A stretch of 10,325 nucleotides of DNA from Nitrospinales bacterium (GTDB taxonomy: Bacteria; Nitrospinota_A; UBA7883; JACRGQ01), in NCBI GenBank assembly GCA_023248615.1, contig JAHFEI010000049.1, positions 1 through 10,325 of the forward strand, in the 5' to 3' direction. The position numbers and the translations under genes were made by a program. Position 1 is the stretch's first letter. Each line of letters opens with the position of its first letter. Positions 7,029 to 10,325 of the stretch are shown piece by piece. The notes under the pieces were generated by a model, which was not told the origin of the DNA, made no database searches, and saw only the letters and a list, made by a program, of their open reading frames with translations.

Positions 7029-8030
7029 CTCGACAGGTTCCCACTTCCCCATGGATTTTTTCACCTTTTTGCCTATCACTTCGTCCCATCGCGCCACGCT
7101 GATGCCGTGTACAGGGCGTAACGCTATGCAATCCCCTTCGGAAAGCACAATACCTTTTTCCAAATCGCGGGCGGCGTAGATGCCCCTACGGAACTTGTCC
7201 CGGTTCTCCCGCTCGTTTTCCGACAGTCTCTTTATGCCATCCCCGGACATGGCCGGTAACGATTTGCAAAAAGCGGAGAGTTCTTTCAATTCGGCTGGCT
7301 CTATTGATATCGCATGGTCGGAAAAGGGGAACTCTTTTGCCATTTCCCGGCTTGGCGTAAAGTGCTTTTCTATTGCCACCGCCCCCATCGATGCGGCGGC
7401 AAAGGCGGCGTGCAGGCCGAATGAGTGGTCGGACAATCCGCAATGCAGGCCGAATTTTTCCGAGAGGGTGGCGATGGCTTTGAGGTTCATGCCTGCCGGA
7501 GCCGCCGGGTAGTCCGATACGCAGTGCATAAGAACAATGCGGTTGTTTCCCTCTTTACGGATGGTGCGCACCGCCAGTTCCACTTCCTCCATATCCGCCA
7601 TGCCGGTGGCAAGGAAAATGGGCTTCTGCTTTTTTGCGGTGTGGCGTAGCAGTTGTACATTGTTGCAATCCATAGAGGCTATCTTGAAGGCATGCATCCC
7701 CAGCGAATCGAGGAAGTCGGCCGATTCGGTATCAAATGCCGCGCTAAAAAGGTTTACGCCGATGCTTTGCGCAAACCGGAAAAGCTCCCTTTGCATGTCG
7801 AAACCCAACGCCAGTTTTTCTATCTGCGGGTAGTAGGGGAGGGAGGAAGCTAGGAATTTCTCCGGTTGGAATGATTGCAGCTTTATCAGGTCGGCCCCGT
7901 TTTCCGCAGCGGAGACTATCATTTTCTTTGCCGTCGCCATATCGCCATTGTGGTTAATGCCCACCTCGGCTATCACGAGTGACGTAGCGCCACTGGCAAT
8001 TGTCAACTGGCCGATTGTGATTTGCTCCAT
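7011..8030 (-). CDS. neuB: Nonulosonic acid synthase of the NeuB family: N-acetylneuraminate, pseudaminic or legionaminic acid synthase (NeuB/PseI/LegI).
   Basis: The N-terminus LVIAEVGINHNGDMATAKKMIVSAAENGADLIKLQSF is the hallmark NeuB/PseI motif (IAE.G.NHNG....A..MI..A...GAD..K.Q). This is followed by TIM-barrel-like aldolase sequence and a C-terminal SAF/antifreeze-like domain (CIALRPVHGISVARWDEVIGKKV). Length is 339 aa. Confidence 0.8.
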   Translation of the reverse strand: MEQITIGQLTIASGATSLVIAEVGINHNGDMATAKKMIVSAAENGADLIKLQSFQPEKFLASSLPYYPQIEKLALGFDMQRELFRFAQSIGVNLFSAAFDTESADFLDSLGMHAFKIASMDCNNVQLLRHTAKKQKPIFLATGMADMEEVELAVRTIRKEGNNRIVLMHCVSDYPAAPAGMNLKAIATLSEKFGLHCGLSDHSFGLHAAFAAASMGAVAIEKHFTPSREMAKEFPFSDHAISIEPAELKELSAFCKSLPAMSGDGIKRLSENERENRDKFRRGIYAARDLEKGIVLSEGDCIALRPVHGISVARWDEVIGKKVKKSMGKWEPVELSALE

Positions 8031-8086
8031 GCGGCTATTCTATTCATGGAATGCTTTAATATCCAAGCCGCATTTTATGGATTTAT

Positions 8087-8094
8087 TGTAGAAT
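8087..8094 (+). promoter_or_regulatory. Candidate extended -10 promoter element (TGTAGAAT) for the ABC transporter operon.
   Basis: TGnTAGAAT-like extended -10 at 8087-8094, located 123 nt upstream of the ATPase start. There is no convincing -35, which extended -10 promoters can tolerate. Confidence 0.25.
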
Positions 8095-8148
8095 GGGCGC
8101 ATGTGTCCAATGGATAAAGGTACGAATGACCGCTCACCAGGATTACTG

Positions 8149-8178
8149 CCGTTTCGGTGTGGGCGGGGCGCGAAACGG
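8149..8178 (+). other. Perfect 8-bp inverted repeat (CCGTTTCG / CGAAACGG) with a 14-nt G-rich loop, in the ABC operon leader.
   Basis: Seen directly: 8149-8156 CCGTTTCG, loop GTGTGGGCGGGGCG, 8171-8178 CGAAACGG. There is no U-run after it, so it is not a canonical intrinsic terminator. Confidence 0.4.
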
Positions 8179-8216
8179 GATATCGGAACTTTCCTTGCGA
8201 TAAGCGGAGGTGACAG

Positions 8217-9146
8217 GTGATAGGGCAGGGCGGCGACTCTAGAAAAGTGTACGTGAGGCAGATAAGCAAGAATATCGGGAGTTCATCCCTCCTTTCAAAC
8301 ATTTCGCTTGAAGTAGGCCCGGGAGAATGCTTCGGCATACTTGGTGAGAACGGGTCTGGCAAAACAACATTGCTGAGGGTGATGACGGGGTTGGTGCTAC
8401 CATCGTCTGGGGAGGTCTCCATAATGGGGTACAACCCTCACGAAGACCCGGTAGGCGCGTTGAGCCACATCTCCGCCCTTATCGGCATACCGGCGTTGTA
8501 CCCGAACATGAGCGCGTACGAGAACCTGGATATTTTTTCCGACCTGCCGGACAAGAAGCGGGCCATTGATGCGCTTGCCAACGTAGGTCTGGTGGATGAG
8601 CGGCACAAAAAGGTCGGGGCCTACTCCCGTGGGATGCTACAACGGCTGGGAATAGCCTTGGCGCTACTGCATGAAAGGCCATTTATCATGTTGGATGAGC
8701 CTACCCAAGGGGTGGATGACGTTTGGATTGGGAAGCTGGGCGTACTGTTCAGGGAAAAACTGAAAAATGGGCAGGCGCTAATAATAACCAGCCACGATTT
8801 TGATTTCGTCATGGATCTATGCTCGCAAGTGATGATCCTAGATTCCGGGGAAAATGTTTACGCCGGAAACTTGAAAGAAGTGGCGGAGTTCCCGTACTTT
8901 TTCCAACTTGTTTGCGACCCGAGGGATAAGGCGGAACGCGTGATGAAAAAAGTCGGGTATGTCCACCGGTGCGTCAGCACACCCAAACATTTTGAACTGA
9001 CTATTGAAAAAGAGAAGGTATCCGACCTGGTTGACGCGCTGGTATCCGCCGGATGCAACGTGCATGAATTCGCCATGAAGCACTACACCCTGTCCGACTT
9101 GGCGCGCCAGCGCAACAACTACGAGGAAATACGAAATGACATTTAA
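8217..9146 (+). CDS. ABC transporter ATP-binding protein (ABC-2 / DrrA-NatA-like) with a degenerate Q-loop and signature motif and a ~90 aa C-terminal extension.
   Basis: Starts at GTG 8217 with a GGAGG SD at 8206-8210. Walker A is GENGSGKTT. Walker B with the catalytic Glu is IMLDEP. The D-loop is TQGVD and the H-loop is ITSHD. The signature reads YSRGM instead of LSGGQ, and the Q-loop glutamine position reads A (GIPALY). A C-terminal domain of about 90 aa follows the ATPase core. Confidence 0.8.
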   Translation: MIGQGGDSRKVYVRQISKNIGSSSLLSNISLEVGPGECFGILGENGSGKTTLLRVMTGLVLPSSGEVSIMGYNPHEDPVGALSHISALIGIPALYPNMSAYENLDIFSDLPDKKRAIDALANVGLVDERHKKVGAYSRGMLQRLGIALALLHERPFIMLDEPTQGVDDVWIGKLGVLFREKLKNGQALIITSHDFDFVMDLCSQVMILDSGENVYAGNLKEVAEFPYFFQLVCDPRDKAERVMKKVGYVHRCVSTPKHFELTIEKEKVSDLVDALVSAGCNVHEFAMKHYTLSDLARQRNNYEEIRNDI

Positions 9147-10325
9147 AAGGCTTTTGCTGGTAGAAACGCAAAAGCTTGTGCGATCTCCGGTTTTTTGGGT
9201 GGCGCCGATAGCGCTGACGTTTTACTTGGTGTTGATGCTTTTCGGGTTTGAGGTGTATGCCGCCAAAAACGGGGTGGAGCCATCCGGGGCGGAGACGATA
9301 CAGGGGCAGCAAACCGGGTCGATGGTTGTTTCCTTCTATTCCACGGTGAGGAGAATGGCTGGCAATATTGTGCGGCTTCCCGGTGCACCGCCCGTGCTTC
9401 CCGCTGGCTGGGTAGAGGGGGAACAAAATTTGGGGCAACCCCCGATTGACGAACAAAATGCTGTGGTGGGGGCTGTGGATAAATTCGATTTCTGGGGAAG
9501 CTTTATCAATAGCATGTTAAATCCCAAACCCTTCCCAAAGCCCCAATGCGATTGTCCCTGCCAAGAGAAAAAAACCGAGGCCACCAGAACCTTTTCTCCA
9601 TTGATGACATCGGCAAGCCTTTCGTCATTATTTGTAGGCGTGGCCTATGCCCAAGAAGCGGAAGGACCATCGCGGATTTTCATCAAACCGCCTGCGCCCA
9701 ACCAGCATGGCTCGTTCATCGAAAGGCTTCGTGAGCGCATGTACTGGCTTACCGACCCGATTTCGCTGGAGAACAGGGTGATAGACCGGTCGCGTTTTAA
9801 TGGCATGAGGTTTACATACCTGTCACTGTACTTTGCCACTGCATTTGTTTTCCCGCTTGTAGCTGTGGCGGTTGTTGCCCAGCTTTTTGCGAGCGAGATA
9901 TCAAACGGAACCATGAGGACCTGCCTCCTGCGTCCGGTGCGTAGAACCCGTCTGCTTATGGCGAAAGTGGTGGTTGCCGGAGGCTATCTCATTGCGCTGG
10001 TACTGGCATTTAGCATATGCGCAATGGTATTTGGGATAGTTTTTTCCGGGTTCGGTAATCTTGTCCTGGATTCGGAGGTGCTTGGCAACACAGGCAGGGT
10101 GCGGATGATTCTGGGGGACGGGGCGGTGGTGCTGTTTCTTTTGACGGCTCCTCTGGCGGCGATATCACTGCTTCCACTCACTATGTTTGCCATCCTACTT
10201 TCCCATTTGCGGCCAGAATCCGCCTATGTGATGGGGACATCTTCCATAGCTTACCTCATCATGTTCACGTTGGGCGGGTTGCCCCTATTTGAAGACATAA
10301 GGTTCCTGTTTTTTACGACGTATAT
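9136..10325 (+). CDS. ABC-2 type transporter permease, 3'-truncated by the window end and not present in the supplied ORF track.
   Basis: Translating directly from ATG 9136 gives an open frame of 396 codons to the window end with no stop. That ATG overlaps the ATPase stop as ATGACATTTAA, and a GAGGA SD lies 7 nt upstream. One N-terminal transmembrane helix (VFWVAPIALTFYLVLMLFGF) is followed by a ~170 aa extracytoplasmic loop that contains CDCPC, then at least four more transmembrane helices. This is classic ABC-2 permease topology. Confidence 0.7.
   Translation, partial: MTFKRLLLVETQKLVRSPVFWVAPIALTFYLVLMLFGFEVYAAKNGVEPSGAETIQGQQTGSMVVSFYSTVRRMAGNIVRLPGAPPVLPAGWVEGEQNLGQPPIDEQNAVVGAVDKFDFWGSFINSMLNPKPFPKPQCDCPCQEKKTEATRTFSPLMTSASLSSLFVGVAYAQEAEGPSRIFIKPPAPNQHGSFIERLRERMYWLTDPISLENRVIDRSRFNGMRFTYLSLYFATAFVFPLVAVAVVAQLFASEISNGTMRTCLLRPVRRTRLLMAKVVVAGGYLIALVLAFSICAMVFGIVFSGFGNLVLDSEVLGNTGRVRMILGDGAVVLFLLTAPLAAISLLPLTMFAILLSHLRPESAYVMGTSSIAYLIMFTLGGLPLFEDIRFLFFTTY

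Noticed and set aside
7180-8434. ORFs 7180..7512, 7186..7443, 7425..7649, 7537..7833, 7653..7853 and 8075..8434.
   Set aside because: They are antisense to or embedded in the neuB-family gene or its promoter. The neuB call is strongly motif-supported.
8397-9914. Minus-strand ORFs antisense to the ABC ATPase and permease (for example 9001..9456, 9143..9388, 9336..9584, 9645..9914).
   Set aside because: The sense strand encodes canonical Walker A/B motifs and an uninterrupted permease frame. The antisense frames are Arg/Pro-rich.
1-10325. CRISPR arrays, IS elements and integrases.
   Set aside because: There are no regularly spaced direct repeats, no transposase or integrase-like translations, and no terminal inverted repeats flanking any block.

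Overview
The window is a moderately GC-rich bacterial chromosomal segment with no rRNA, tRNA, CRISPR array or obvious mobile element. It holds ten plausible protein genes in four blocks.

- **Block 1 (+ strand):** a DHH/DHHA1 phosphoesterase of the NrnA/Pde2 type, followed by a small four-helix membrane protein.
- **Block 2 (- strand), the feature of most interest:** a YdjI-like SPFH/Band-7 (Band_7_1 family) protein ending in three tandem zinc ribbons. It is separated by only 7 nt from a 463-aa protein built from two copies of a [zinc ribbon + ~210 aa domain] module. No PspA, NfeD or other known partner is present in the window.
- **Block 3 (+ strand), a small flagellar island:** the flagellar cap protein FliD, a FlgN/FliT-like export chaperone and an 83-aa ORF, converging on a NeuB/PseI/LegI-family nonulosonic acid synthase on the - strand.
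- **Block 4 (+ strand):** an ABC-2 type transporter. Its ATPase has degenerate Q-loop and signature motifs. The permease ORF runs off the window end; it is absent from the supplied ORF track but was verified by direct translation.

The divergent intergenic region at 4165..4514 contains a good sigma-28 (FliA) promoter match on the + strand and an overlapping sigma-70-like promoter on the - strand. It also holds a long-range inverted repeat and GGA motifs near the fliD ribosome-binding site. Most other track ORFs are antisense artefacts inside these genes.
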